This document shows positions 1 through 11,663 of a stretch of 64,000 nt of DNA, in pieces; the first letter of the stretch is position 1; every line of letters starts with the position of its first letter. A model generated the notes under the pieces. The model made no database searches. It was given only the letters and a program-made list of their open reading frames with translations, and was not told the origin of the DNA. The translations under genes and the position numbers were made by a program. Origin of the DNA: Balamuthia mandrillaris (Eukaryota); NCBI GenBank assembly GCA_031835245.2, contig JAVKOQ020000001.1:682001-746000 (forward strand). The letters run 5' to 3'.

Positions 1-3000
1 AATAGGCAAAAACAAAAGCTCCATCGCTGCCAAGAATGTCATGAAAGGCTGATTGGGCAGACTTGACCAATGCACCATCATTCATACCCTTTGTTCATTA
101 AAGTTTGGTGAGAAGAGAGATGAAAGATTAAAGGACAGTAGTTTAATGAACAAAGGGTATGAAGAAGTTTATGATGAACAACAAGAAGATGAAGACGAAC
201 GAACCTTGAACATAGATGTAATTGATACAGGTGTTGTGAAAAAGGTGAGAAACAGCATAAGAACAAAATTGACAAAAGCAAGACGAAAACGTTGCTCCCA
301 TTTGCCTATACCCAAGTTCTTAAGGCAGTGAAAGAAAATAAGCTTTCAAAAGAAAAAATAAACAACAAATAACATACCGTCCAAACGATGTCTTCCGGCT
401 CAGGAGCCATTTTTACAACCCACTTGTGGTCCCGAAGCAATTTGGATTGAGAAGTAAAGCCGTGTTTCCACCTCAACAAGCCCCAGAATTTGTTGTTGTT
501 TTGATACTCGTTCACTATAGCCTTTTGTTGTGTGTATGTGTGTGTTTTTTTGAATAAGCCATCAAACAAGGAGACAAGAGGAAAGAGAAGCGGAAGAGAC
601 AAAAGAAAGGCAAACCTTGGCAAATAAACTCTCAGAGAAGGTGACAAAAACATTGCCTGTTGTTCGCCTCTCTCGAACTTCCTGCCTCAACTTGATGACT
701 CGTTGTCTGCTCACCCGCTTCTTTTCTCGAAAGTAGGAGATGGCATCGACAGAAGGTTCGCACCTAAACAGCCGAACCAGCTTCCAGAAGACGTTTTGGT
801 CAGGAAGAAGAAGGAGTCGAGGTCTCTCGCCTTTGATTGCCAACTCGTTCTCATAGTGAAGAAGCTTAAAGGCAGCATCACGATAAGTCTCGACCGCATC
901 AATCAGATTGCTCAGCTCTGGGACAATATGAACAGCAACAACTGGGCTGTTTTCATCGTTTGTTTCATCTTCAAAGTCTTCCAGCAGTTGCTTTTCCGTA
1001 AGTTGTTGACGAAGTTTTTGTGCTTCCAATTTCTGAAGTGTTTGTCTTTGTTGCTTTCGTCTCATCAAAGAGCGTTTGAGGTCCCGTGCTTTTTCGTTTC
1101 CTGTTTTATAGGGAGACGCATCTTCGCTTGCTCTTCCGTTCTCCATCTTGTCGATTGCCAGCTCTTCATATTCTTCCTTCAACAATGTAGTCTCATGTTG
1201 TTGCTTTAATTGTGACTTTTCGGGTGCATCCTCAACGTCAATGAGAACACCTATTTTTGGAGCCTCTTTGTTCTCATCGTGAGATACGCTAGCTCCATTT
1301 AGGCCGATCAGGTCAACATCATTTTCTAGCTCATTTTCATTGAGATGTTCCTCAATGTTGTTAGTTTCCTCTTCTGCTCGTTCCTCCTCTTCTTCCATTG
1401 CAATCATTTCCATCAAGTCATCACCACCTAGTTCAAGAATGAAAGAAGCTTCTTCTTCCTCTAGTTTTTGCTGTTGATTTGCATTATCTTCTTGTTCTTC
1501 TTCTTTGTCTTCGTCTTCGTCTTCTTCTTCTTTCGCTATTTGTTCTGCTTCCTCTATTTCTTCATCTTCTTTGTCATATACTGAGTTGCTTCTGCTTCTG
1601 TTTCTGCCTCTTCTGCTGCCTTTTCGAGAAGTCCGATTCGGGCTTACTTCCTTGCTCTTGCGCTTGAGTTGTTCCTCTTCCAAGATCTTCAATAGCAGTT
1701 TTTCCTTTGCTGCTCTTTCTTCGTCTGGCATACCAAAACCTGTAAACTCCAAACCTGAGCTTGTTTCTGTCTTTTCCACCTCTTTTCCTTTTTCGCTTTT
1801 CTTTTCCTTCCTCTCCTTTTCCTGCAATGGGTACTTTTCTTCTTGTTCTTTTTCTTCCCAAACCTCGGTTCCATTCATCACTCCCGGTCTTATTTCTCCT
1901 TCGTCAACGGAAAGATAGCCAACGCCAGCACCTATATCCACTTTCTCCTTCCCTTTCTCTTGCTTTTTGCTTCGCAAACTTCCACTCCTTGATCTAGTGC
2001 CACTTGTTTCTAATCCTATCCGCAGCTTTCTTTTCGCTTCTTCCTCGGCTTTCAAGAGTCGATCCTCCTTCTCCTTTCTTTGTTTCTCCAGCGTTGCCCG
2101 TTCTTCCTCCTGTTTAATGAAGCTAAGGCTGCGTTGCTTGCGACGAATGCGTTTCTGCTCCACCCAAGCCTTCAGTCCCATGTTCTCTCTCAGCATTTCC
2201 TCAAAGTGTTGTCGCAGAAGAGAGACAGTCTCCAAGGAATAGTCGGCAGGATAGTTGGAGATCATGAGAGAGTGAGCGCTAACCATGCTCTTCTTCTTGC
2301 GGTAGCGTTCGTTGTTCTCAATCAGGAAGCGACGAAAGTGGTAGACCAGCACGTACACCAGAAGAGAGAATATCACAGTCATCATTGCGTGCAGCCATAA
2401 ATAGTTCTCATAAGCCACATTGGCAACTGTTGTTGAGCTGAAGCCTGGTAACTCTCGTCCTTCGTTTTTGTATAAGTATTAAATGTATAACAAAGCCAAG
2501 AGAGAAGAAGATAAGAAAAGCACCTCCAGATAAGTTCAAAGGCAAAAGTATGAGGAGAGCAAGCATAGTACAAAGAGCCCAGAAGAAGATGGTGACCCGT
2601 TGAAACCGCAGGTAGAGCATTGCGTCATTGCCGCAACACTCAGCCAGCTCGTTGTTTCCCATCTTAAAAAGCGGCCACAACCAGCTGAAGAAGCTTTCCT
2701 CCACATTCTCTCCTGCTTTCATGTGTTGCGGCTTCGGCAAGTGCTCCAAATCTGTTTTTACGAAAAAGTGAAAGGAGAAAAGCACAACCAGATAAGAGAC
2801 CGAACAAGAGCAGAGAGCAGAGAGCAGAGAGCAGAGAGCAGAGAGCAGAGAGCAGAGAGCAGAGAGCAGAGAGCAGAGAGCAGAGCGCAGAGCGCAGAGA
2901 GAGAGAGAGAGAGAGAGCAGAGAGAGAGCAGAGCGCAGAGCCGAGAGAGAACGAACCGTTTTGGCGAAGCAACACTTCCGTCTCCTCATCGCTTTCACTG

Positions 3001-3347
3001 AGGTCCTCCTTCCAGTCATCTTTTCGCCGCGATCCGCCACTGCCCGACAGACTTCCAGCTTTTTTCATCGCTGCTGGGTTAACCACTCCCCTCCAAAACA
3101 ACTCCAACTAAAAACCAAAAAAGAGAACAAAACAGAACGAACCTCTTCTTCGTCCCCTCAAAACAGGAGCACTGTACAAAAGGGACTCGTAACGACGACT
3201 GCGATGAAAGCGACAGCAGGACAAAACCACGAAAGCCACCACCCCCACCACCACGTTGATCAGGAACACGGAGAGGATGCCACCGTCTTGCAGTGGAGGC
3301 AGCCCCGGCAGGTTCGTGCCTGTCGTTCCTGCTGTCGTACGTGACAT
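1..3347 (-). CDS. OSCA/TMEM63 (CSC1-like) calcium-permeable mechanosensitive channel, multi-exon, 3' end runs off the window
   Basis: Spliced product has an N-terminal TM (FLINVVVGVVAFVVL), FFSWLWPLFK..ELAECCGNDAMLYLRF..LLILLPLN, LWLHAMM..SAHSLMISNYP, TGNVFVTF and WVVKMAPEPEDIVW-NLG motifs typical of RSN1_TM/PHM7_cyt/RSN1_7TM proteins. ATG at 3347. Confidence 0.9.
81..163. repeat. Perfect 22-bp inverted repeat (81-102 / 142-163) spanning an intron 3' splice site
   Basis: ttcataccctttgttcattaaa at 81-102 is the exact reverse complement of tttaatgaacaaagggtatgaa at 142-163, with a 39-nt spacer. Confidence 0.95.
2807..2948. repeat. (AGAGAGC)n heptamer / (GA)n microsatellite in OSCA intron
   Basis: Directly visible tandem repeat; reads CTCTGCT on the sense strand. 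Confidence 0.95.
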
Positions 3348-3562
3348 CAATCGCCTTCAACTGCACTGCCCCTGCTGCTCTTCTTCTTTCTTCGCTAAGA
3401 CTCTTTTTCTTCCTTTTCTTTTTCTTCGTTTCACTTGTTAATTTTTGTCGACATTTGGAGGAAAGAACGGGGTCATCCTATGTCCAGCTTTACTGTGTAA
3501 CAACGCTAAAATCCTCCCTTTCCGTTTCGCTAGAGCGGCTAAAGTGAGATAAGAAAGAAGCG

Positions 3563-4875
3563 ATGACAGAAGACGCAAGCAGAGAAAGAGATTCTTTCTC
3601 TTCTCCTCCGCCGCCGCCGCTGCTCACGGTGAGCGTGCTTGGCGTTGGGCTGATGGGAGCGAGCCTGGTGAGGAGGCTTTACGCCACCACGGGCCACCGC
3701 GTGGTGCTCTTCAATCGCACCCGTGCCAAAGCGGAGCGGCTGCTGCACGACCTCATCTCGCAGGAGGAAAGAGCAGAGCCGCCGCAGCCGCACGAGGCAA
3801 GGCTGAGTCTGGCCGCCACAGCGGAGGAGGCCATCCAACGCTCGGACTGCGTGCTCTCCATGCTGTTCGACCACCAAGCCAACAAGGAGGTCCTCTATTC
3901 CGCTCTTCTTCACCTCAACACCAACCACAACGAAAGAGGCGGAGGCGGCAAGAAGGAGGAGAGGAGAAAGTGGATAGTGGTGTTGACCGACATGAGCCCC
4001 AAGCAGAGCCTCTCCCTCGCCCAAGACATCTCCTCGCTTGCTCACGGCAAGTACGTCTACGTGGAAGCTCCCCTGTTGGCCAGCCAAACGGACGTCCTCA
4101 ACGGCACTGCCCGTGTCTTTCTTTCCTATCTGCCTTCTTCTTGTCCTTGTTCTTCTTCTTCTTGTTCTTGTTCTTCTTCTTCTTCTTCTTCTTCTTCTTG
4201 TTCTTCTTGTTCTTCTTCTTGTTCTTCTTCTTCTTCTTCTTCTTCTGCTGCTGCTGCTGCTTCTGGTGGTGCTTGTGATGTGGAGGAAGTAAGAGAGCTG
4301 TTGAAATGCTTTGGAAAATGCAGAGCGGTGGGCAACGTGCCAAAGGCCAACCTATGCAAGCTGGCCCTTTTGGTCATGCCTCTCATGCAACTCTTGGCCA
4401 CCGCCATCTCCCTTGGTTCGCCATCCTCCGCTCTCCTTTCCTAGTCCTCTCCTTCTTCCGCTGATATCGTCTTCATCTCCTTCTTTCTTCCAAAGGAATA
4501 CTTGAAGCAAGCGACATACCCGCTGAAGTGATAAAGGAGGCGTTCTTGGAGGATGAAGCTCTCTTTCTCCCGCCAGCGGCCATCGGTCAAGAGTGGGCCA
4601 AGCGAATGCACCACCGTCGCTTCCTCTCCATCGGCAACGACACGGGCCTTCACCTCAACACCAACACGATAAGAGGCTTGCAAAAGGACGTTCGTTTGAT
4701 GATCGAGGAAATGGAGGAGCTGCGGTTGATGGAAGGCGGTGCTGCTACCGTCATGAATGGCTTTCTGGAGGTGGTGGAGAGAGCTATAGACAGAGGCTTT
4801 GGAGAGCTTGACTTTACTGCCATTTACGATGTGGTTCGTCGTCCTGTTGTGGATGAAAAGGAAGAGATCTTATAA
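3563..4875 (+). CDS. NAD(P)-dependent beta-hydroxyacid dehydrogenase / imine-reductase-like protein (NAD_binding_2 fold), 2 exons
   Basis: VSVLGVGLMG Rossmann motif, FNRTRAKAE, EEAIQRSDCVLSML, YVEAP, CKL and C-terminal AIDRGFGELDFTAIY. An intron at about 4415-4495 (g|gttcgc...caaag|ga) joins ORFs 3563-4444 and 4528-4875. Confidence 0.85.
4135..4262 (+). repeat. (TCT)n/(TGT)/(GCT)n trinucleotide tract encoding in-frame poly-Ser/Cys/Ala
   Basis: Visible repeat inside the dehydrogenase ORF. Confidence 0.9.
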
Positions 4876-4969
4876 TAGAAGATTGTTCGTAAGTACTTTC
4901 TTCTCTTCGTCATTCTCTCGTTGTTCGCGTTTACACTAAAAGGTGACATGGAACTAGTAATTGTTTCTT

Positions 4970-6173
4970 TTATCTAACACTTGTTTTCTTCTCTTTGGCC
5001 ATCTTCAACTCAGCATCAGAGGTGTGAGTGCCATACAACGCCAAAAAGGTCCTCTGCGCTGTGACATCGCCCTCGAAAAAGTCAATGTGTTTGCCTCGAA
5101 TGGCTGCCTCTTTGTCTTCCGTCAAGAGCTGGACGACCCTGTTGTACTGCCGATGAGCAAAACGGGTGAGCTTCTCTTCCATTCGTGCCATAAAGCCTTT
5201 CTCTTCCACCTCCTCCTTCTCTGGATCTTTCTCATCGATTGGTTCTAACAAAAGATCATTCACCTCCTTTTGGAATATGAAACAAACACGCTTTAGCAAC
5301 TCTGAAAAAAAGGAAGAGAGGAGATGAGAGAAAGAGAGAGAAAAACCTTTTCCCTCGCGGCTTCTACGAATAACATGTGACGCTCTTCATCGCACAATAC
5401 ATCCTGCTCTGTGACCCAAACGTCGCGAAGCTCCAGCCACTTACGGTTGAGATAATAGGTCAGCTCCTCCTCCCAGTTTTGGTTCCTGTTTAACGCAGGT
5501 TAGTTCCCGTACTGACATAAGAAGAGGGCATGGAAAAGGAGAAGTGAGAGAAGAGAGCAAAGAAGAGAAAGAGAGCAACAGGGTGTAACAGAGAAGAGAG
5601 AAAGGAGCAAAAAAAAAAAAAAGAATACCAGTAGTCGACCCAGTCATGGAAGTAAGGGTCAATGTTGTAGACTTGACGAATGGGCAAATAAATGGCAGCG
5701 CCGAGCAACGCCAACGCAGCGCCAAGCTTCACGTTGCTGTCCGTCCATTTGGGTTTATAGGGAGGAGGTGGTGGTGTCTCCAATGGTGGCGGTTGTTGTG
5801 TTGCCGTCGGTGTCGTCGGTGGTGTAGTTGGTGGTGTCGTGGTCGGTGTCGCTGGTGTTGTTGTCGGTGTCGCTGGTGTTGTTGTCGGTGTCGCAGTAGG
5901 TGTAGTAGTTGGTGTCGTTGGTGTTGTCGTCGGTGTAGTTGTGTTGGCGGTGCTGCTGCAAAATCTGTTCCGTGGCAAGGAGGCAAATCGTTTGTCGCGA
6001 GGGGCTGGAGCCCACAGCGAGTTGCTTGCAAAGTTTCGTCGTGCGGGTGGAATGCGTGAAAGCGCGCGGCGGCGGGGATGGTGCACACAGACCCTGCCCG
6101 TGAGAGCCAGCGCGCCTCGCCAGCTGAGGCTTGAGCCAGAAACCAAGGCGGAGGAGGTGCGGCTGCCGTTCAT
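4970..6173 (-). CDS. Hypothetical single-pass membrane protein, probably mitochondrial (3 exons)
   Basis: Arg/Ser-rich, acid-free N-terminus (MNGSRTSSALVSG...RRNFAS), Thr/Pro repeat linker, TM segment KLGAALALLGAAIYLPI, then helical exons at about 5347-5487 and 4970-5270. Confidence 0.6.
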
Positions 6174-6534
6174 CCTCTTTTTTTTTTTGCTTTCTTTTTT
6201 TTCCAATATATTCTAATCCCCTTTTTATCATCGATATTTCGCTAAAATGACAACAAAATGGTTGATATGCAACAATTTGGAAAAAATTGGAACATTTAGA
6301 ACATTTGTCGATAATCTAGCTTTCGAAAAAGGGAAATAGTCGCAATAATTGCAGAAAGAAAATGAAAACCTGCCGAAAAAGAAAACAAAAAAAAAAAAAG
6401 CGTAGCAGTGGCCAAAAGAGTAGCAGCGAGTGCACTGGTATAAAGTAGCAGTGGTGCCTGCTGCGGCACCAGAAGCTCAATACAAGGAGGAGGAAGACGA
6501 CGTTGGAAGCTATTGAATATTTTTTTACGGAAAG

Positions 6535-6865
6535 ATGTTGCTCGCGGTTCAGCGGTGGTCCCAGGGTTACCTTCCACGCACCCAGTCCAAACGCTTTCTG
6601 TTGATCAGCTTCGTCTTGGTGGCCTTCCTGTTGGTCTGCTACGAGTTTGGGTTCGTGGCAAAGACGCCTATTGCCACTCGACCTCTGCCCGTTTCATGGC
6701 CTAGCCGTCCGCCTCCTCCACCTGTTGCCACTCCATCTACCACCACTACTGCTCCTTCCGCTGTTAACAGTCCTCAGCCAAGTTCCTTCCCTGATTATCT
6801 CATCCGAGGCATTCCCAGCACAAGTAACGTTACTCCCTCTTTTCTACAGTCTTTCCTTTTCTCAA

Positions 6866-6914
<49 letters not shown>

Positions 6915-7590
6915 TCCCTCTCTTCGCCTTGCATTCTCTTCTTGTCGCAAACAAACATCTCATCTATGTGCATCGTTTTCTGTGTTGTTTTGGGTGTTTG
7001 TTAGAAATGGAGTTGTATCTTCAGGACCCATTTTTCTGTGATGATTACAAGATGATCCCTCTTGCCTGGGTCAACGACGACTACTGTGATTGTCCCGATA
7101 ACGGAGCAGATGAGCCAGGTGTGAATAACCACCATTTTTTCAGTCGTGAGTTGTTAGTTCCTAACCACTTCTCTCCTCTCCTATCTCTATCTGTGAAAAA
7201 GGTACCTCAGCATGTTCCAAATCACGTTTCTACTGCGTGGAGCCACCAAACCTGTACATTCCTTCCTCGATGGTAGATGACGGCATTTGCGACTGTGGGC
7301 CAGCCTGCTGTGATGAATACCATCTGGCCCGCGAAGACTGCCTCGTAACCCTCAACAACACAATATATGCTACCACCGCCATCGCCAACAACAACGATGC
7401 GCAGCAGACAGTCACGAACAATGCCAACACTAATAACGCCACCGCCATGATGGAAATGAAGGTGAGCAAGAACAACATTGTGCTTATGGTTGTGGCCGGT
7501 ATCGTAGGGTTGCACATTGCTGGCATTGGGTTAGGATTGTGGTACATGGTCGTCTCGCAATCAAACTACAGAAGAGGATGGGTTGACTGA
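6535..7590 (+). CDS. Glucosidase II beta subunit-like (PRKCSH-like N-terminal Cys-rich domain) membrane protein, 3 exons
   Basis: Spliced FFCDD..[47 protein letters not shown] matches the PRKCSH-like domain. Hydrophobic segments occur at both N- and C-termini. Confidence 0.85.
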
Positions 7591-7723
7591 AGAAGGAATG
7601 ACGGGGAGCAACGACGAAGATAGCAAAATCGAAAAAAAAAGACGAATGAGACGCAAACAAAGAACAAGACAAAAGTGGAGAAGGGAACGAAAGAGGGAGA
7701 AACGATGAAACGGTGATGAAGGA

Positions 7724-8742
7724 TCACTGCAACGGCTTCTTGAAAATGAGGAACACAAGATCTGTGAACATGTCAGAAAGATCCTTCTCCAACTCAAAAG
7801 CACAGCAGGAACGTTGTTCCGTTTCCTCCTCTTCGTTTGTTCCTCGGATCGTGAACAGGGAGAGAAGCTCTTCCACATCATGATTGCAGCTAATGATGAT
7901 GAACCAACCTCCTGGCTTCAACAACCGATTCACCTCCTCGCAGTATCGCTCCGTATCGCTAAGCTCTGGCGCACCAACACCAGATTCTTCCTGATTCTCT
8001 GAAGAGGTGTCTGCGTTCTGTTGTGCTGCTTCTTCCTCTTCAGGCCTCTCCGGAACGATGACCCTGCTGACCATGCCGAGAGAGTCCAACGTGCCTTTAT
8101 CATAGATGAGGTCAAACGTGGCATCTGGCAAGGAACAGTTCAGGACATCTTCCAACAAATAGTGGATCTCTTGCTGCTGCGTCTTTGGCATTGCTTCCTT
8201 CTCATCCTTACCCTCGGTCTCTCCTTTTTGCTGCTCTTTTTGGATGTAAAGCTCCTGTATTTGGGTAGCCAACGCTATCGCCGAGGGACTGTTGTCTATC
8301 CCATAGACTCTTTGTTTGTTTGTTGATAAATGTGAATATGTTTGTTTGTTTCAGTACCAACAAAGAACAAAAGAGAGACAACGCACTGGTGAAAGCCCAA
8401 TGTACGCAGTAATTGGCAAACGTGACCATTCCCTTTTTGTTGTGCAGCAGAGGGGTGAGCAGAGAGAAGAATAAGAAGGAGAGCAGAAGGTCAAAAGAGG
8501 GAGCGTGCAGAGGGACCTGTCCCAACGTCAAGAATAGGGCTTTGAGGAGCTGTGCAAAGGAATAGGTTACAACGTGATTGATGGTAGCTGCAGTGAGTAA
8601 AAAGTGCTGCGTGACGAGAACAAGAACAGAAGAAAAGCTACATACAAAGATTTAGCTTCTTGATCTCCTCCACTGAAATGAGGAGTGGATCGTAGCCATA
8701 CCAAACTTCTACTTTATCCTTCATACGTGTGAGTGGACCATC

Positions 8743-8785
<43 letters not shown>

Positions 8786-8975
8786 GCACTAGCTTTGTAT
8801 CTACATCCTCGATGCTCTCAAAAGTTTCTATCTGTTGGCGATAAACCATTTCCCAAAACTTTGCAGGCCGGTTCAGTGTTGTCGAAAGAATCAACGGCAG
8901 CACCATGTTATGCAAGCCCTCCCAAGGCTGTCCCTCACCTGAACCTGCTCCATCATCGTCTCGTCTCAGTTCCAT
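7724..8975 (-). CDS. EFM4/EEF1AKMT2 (METTL10)-like class I SAM-dependent protein-lysine methyltransferase, 5 exons
   Basis: Hand-spliced FWEMVY..E..F..EVWYG, ILDVGTGNGH (motif I), VYGIDNSPSAIALA, FDLIYDKGTLDSL and LLKPGGWFIIISCN. Confidence 0.8.
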
Positions 8976-9084
8976 CTTCACTTGTTTTGTTGTTTTTGCA
9001 AGTTTGTTGTCCGCAAAAAGTCAAACAAAAAACAGAAGAATGGCAGGAAAGTGTTTTTATGTACAAAACAAGAACAAGCACAGG

Positions 9085-10234
9085 TCAAGAGTAAACAATC
9101 CGTGGTTGGGCGTAGGCAGTGTAGGGATGGTGCTGCATAAAGTTGAATAACACTTCCGCCTCCTCGTCATTGTCCTCCCTTCCCTCCTTCTGGGAATCCA
9201 GCGAGTCCTCAGCGTCTATCAGCGCAAAGGATTGTGTGCTCCGTTGACGTCGCTTTACCTTTTTCCGTTCTGTGCGTTTCTCGTGTTCTCGTTCTTCTTG
9301 TTGCTCTCGTTGTGGGTGATAAAAAGGAGTGTCTGATATCCGTTCGTTGGGTGTACAGCGTAAGGATGCCTCTTTGCTTGTTTTATCGTTGAATCTCAAA
9401 CTTGAAAAACCTTGTTCGTTTAGTTCTTGTCCTTCCTCCAAACTGGACGTTTTATACGAGTAATTCTCTATCATCAATTCAGCCTTTGGAAAAGGAAACC
9501 TTAGTCTACGCAAAAGATGAGAGGAGAGAAAACGAGAAGAGAACGGGAAGCCACAAGGAGAGAAGAATTGAAGATGATAAATAGGAGCACACAAACATAT
9601 GGGAGCAAAAGCATACCAGCTCGATGGACTCGTTCTCTGAAGGAATGACAGATTGTTCAGCCAGGTGGTTCATCCAACATACCATGTCAGTCGTGGAATT
9701 CGCCATCAACGTGAAAGTTCTCTGTCCAGTGTTTATCGTGAACCCAAAATCTCCTTCTCTTTGGCCAGGGCATATCTATCATCATATCCTTAGTTCCAAG
9801 AAGGTAAACACGGAGAACACGGAAGAGAAGAAAGGGAGGAAGAAGAACGAAGAACGAAGAACGGCTGGAGAAGGAGAGCAGAACAAGCATGGACGAGATA
9901 CAAACCCGAATAGCAGAGTTTTTGATTGGAATGACGCCTCTAGGACAGGTATCAGTCTGTGGATCAAGATAGTAGAGGCTGTCCCGTTTGAGGACGAACC
10001 AGCGAAGCTTGTACTGAGTGTTGATTTCTCCTCGCTTGTAGAGATAGCCTTCCTTCAACACTTCTCCTCCTTCCTGGCATGTCCACAAACATTAAAAACT
10101 TTGCAAGAAAACTAGGCTAAAGTGGTGGTCGGTTGGGTGACGCTAATGAAAAAGCAAGAGTTATTTTGTTTTTTTGTCATTACCTGAAAGTTCTTTTGGG
10201 TCTGTCGCCGCTGCAACAACTTGGTGGGCCACAT
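9085..10234 (-). CDS. PH-domain protein (4 exons; start codon uncertain)
   Basis: VLKEGYLYKRGE..YKLRWFVLK..LYY..PRGVIPI, spliced to FGFTINTGQRTFTLMANSTTDMVCWMNHL. Confidence 0.8.
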
Positions 10235-10588
10235 GATACATCACACACGCCCAAGGAGCAAAGGGGAAGGGAAGGAAAGGCAAGTTCTCCTGCTACTTGT
10301 TTCACCAACAAGAAGAAAAGAAAAGAAAAAAAAAAAAACGTAGCAGCAAGCAGCAAGCAGCTGGTGTGCGTAGGTCTGCTTTTTCCTTGTTGCTGTCAAT
10401 GAAAAGTTGGATTTTTCCCTTTTTTTTTTTGTTTTGGATCCAATTCAAAAACGGATGCTTAGCAGCTTTCCCGGTCATTTCCTTCACATTTCCATGGTTG
10501 ATCGGATATGTGGCTCTTGTTTGATTTCCCATTGGGTAAAATTCAAACCTCTGAAGAAGCAGCAAAATTAAAAAAAAAAGCAAAGGGC

Positions 10589-11400
10589 ATGAACGAGGGA
10601 GGCTACCACCCCCATTTCACTGCTACGAGGCGGAGCGTCCTGGTGAGGGAAGAAGATGAGGACTGCGCTACGCTTCTGGCGCCGCCGCAGCAACGCACGG
10701 AGGATGTGATCGGCTGGGATGGGGTGTCCTGCTGGGTAGAGGCTCGGGAGCAGACCACCGACGATGCTACGCACTCCGCTCTGCTCGGGTTGGGGGTTGG
10801 TTCGATGTGGCTCGTCTTCTCGCTGGATCGTGCCTCATCGGCATTGGTTGTCTGGCGAAGAGAGCAGCATCAGCAACAACAACATCAACAAGCACAGATA
10901 AAGGGATTCGTGTTCACGTTGGAGCAAATCTCCAGTCACGCGGTGGTCAGCAGTAGCGACGGAGGAGGCAGCTGTTTTGTGCAGTGTTTTTTGGATGAGG
11001 ACGAAGTCAGCGAAACAGAAATAGGAGCGCTTCGGTTCATGCCTAGTCACCCTAGTCAAGGTTTGGTGCTCTTCTTTCTTTTCGCAAACATGAAAGTAAC
11101 TGACCACGCTCACTAAAAAACAACAAAGTAAATGCCATCTATGAAGCACTAAAAGGCAAACGAGCCAGTTCAACATCGATGATGGAAGAAGAAGGAGCCG
11201 AAGAGAATGGATGTTATGATGAGGACGAGTATGATGGAGAAGAAGATGGAGTGGAAGAGATAGGAGGTGGCTTAGCCCTCTACTCCACAACGGAGAGCAT
11301 TGAAGCCCTACTGCGGAGCAACGAAGACCTTGCCCACCGCTTTGCGGAGTGGGAGAGCAAGTTTGTTCCTCCTCCTTTTGCTGATGACGATGACCACTAA
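10589..11400 (+). CDS. CLNS1A: pICln / methylosome subunit (Voldacs domain)-like protein, 2 exons
   Basis: LGVGSMWL..VW..GFVFTLEQISSHAV..CFVQCFLD..LRFMPSHPSQ|VNAIYEAL followed by an acidic tail, matching the pICln layout. Intron 11061-11128. Confidence 0.7.
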
Positions 11401-11410
11401 AGAGATTGAA

Positions 11411-11413
<3 letters not shown>

Positions 11414-11463
<50 letters not shown>
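11414..11463. repeat. (GA)n microsatellite between convergent genes
   Basis: Visible dinucleotide run. Confidence 0.95.
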
Positions 11464-11465
<2 letters not shown>

Positions 11466-11663
11466 ATTTAAAGAGAAGAATGAAGAAGAGTGGTAACAGG
11501 CGTGAGTGGTCATACTCTGAATGCTGCTGTAATTTGGTTTTTATGCTGTTGCTGGAGTCCTTTTGCAGCGGTTGCGAAAGGAGAGGAAAAGATTGAAAGA
11601 GAGCGCGTTAAACGGAGAGAAAAAGCAAACGAACCGAATGTTAATCAATCATTAAACTCCAAA

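Noticed and set aside
2807..2948. Heptamer arrays as CRISPR or telomeric repeats
   Set aside because: They have no unique spacers, lie inside introns and are simple GA-derived repeats.
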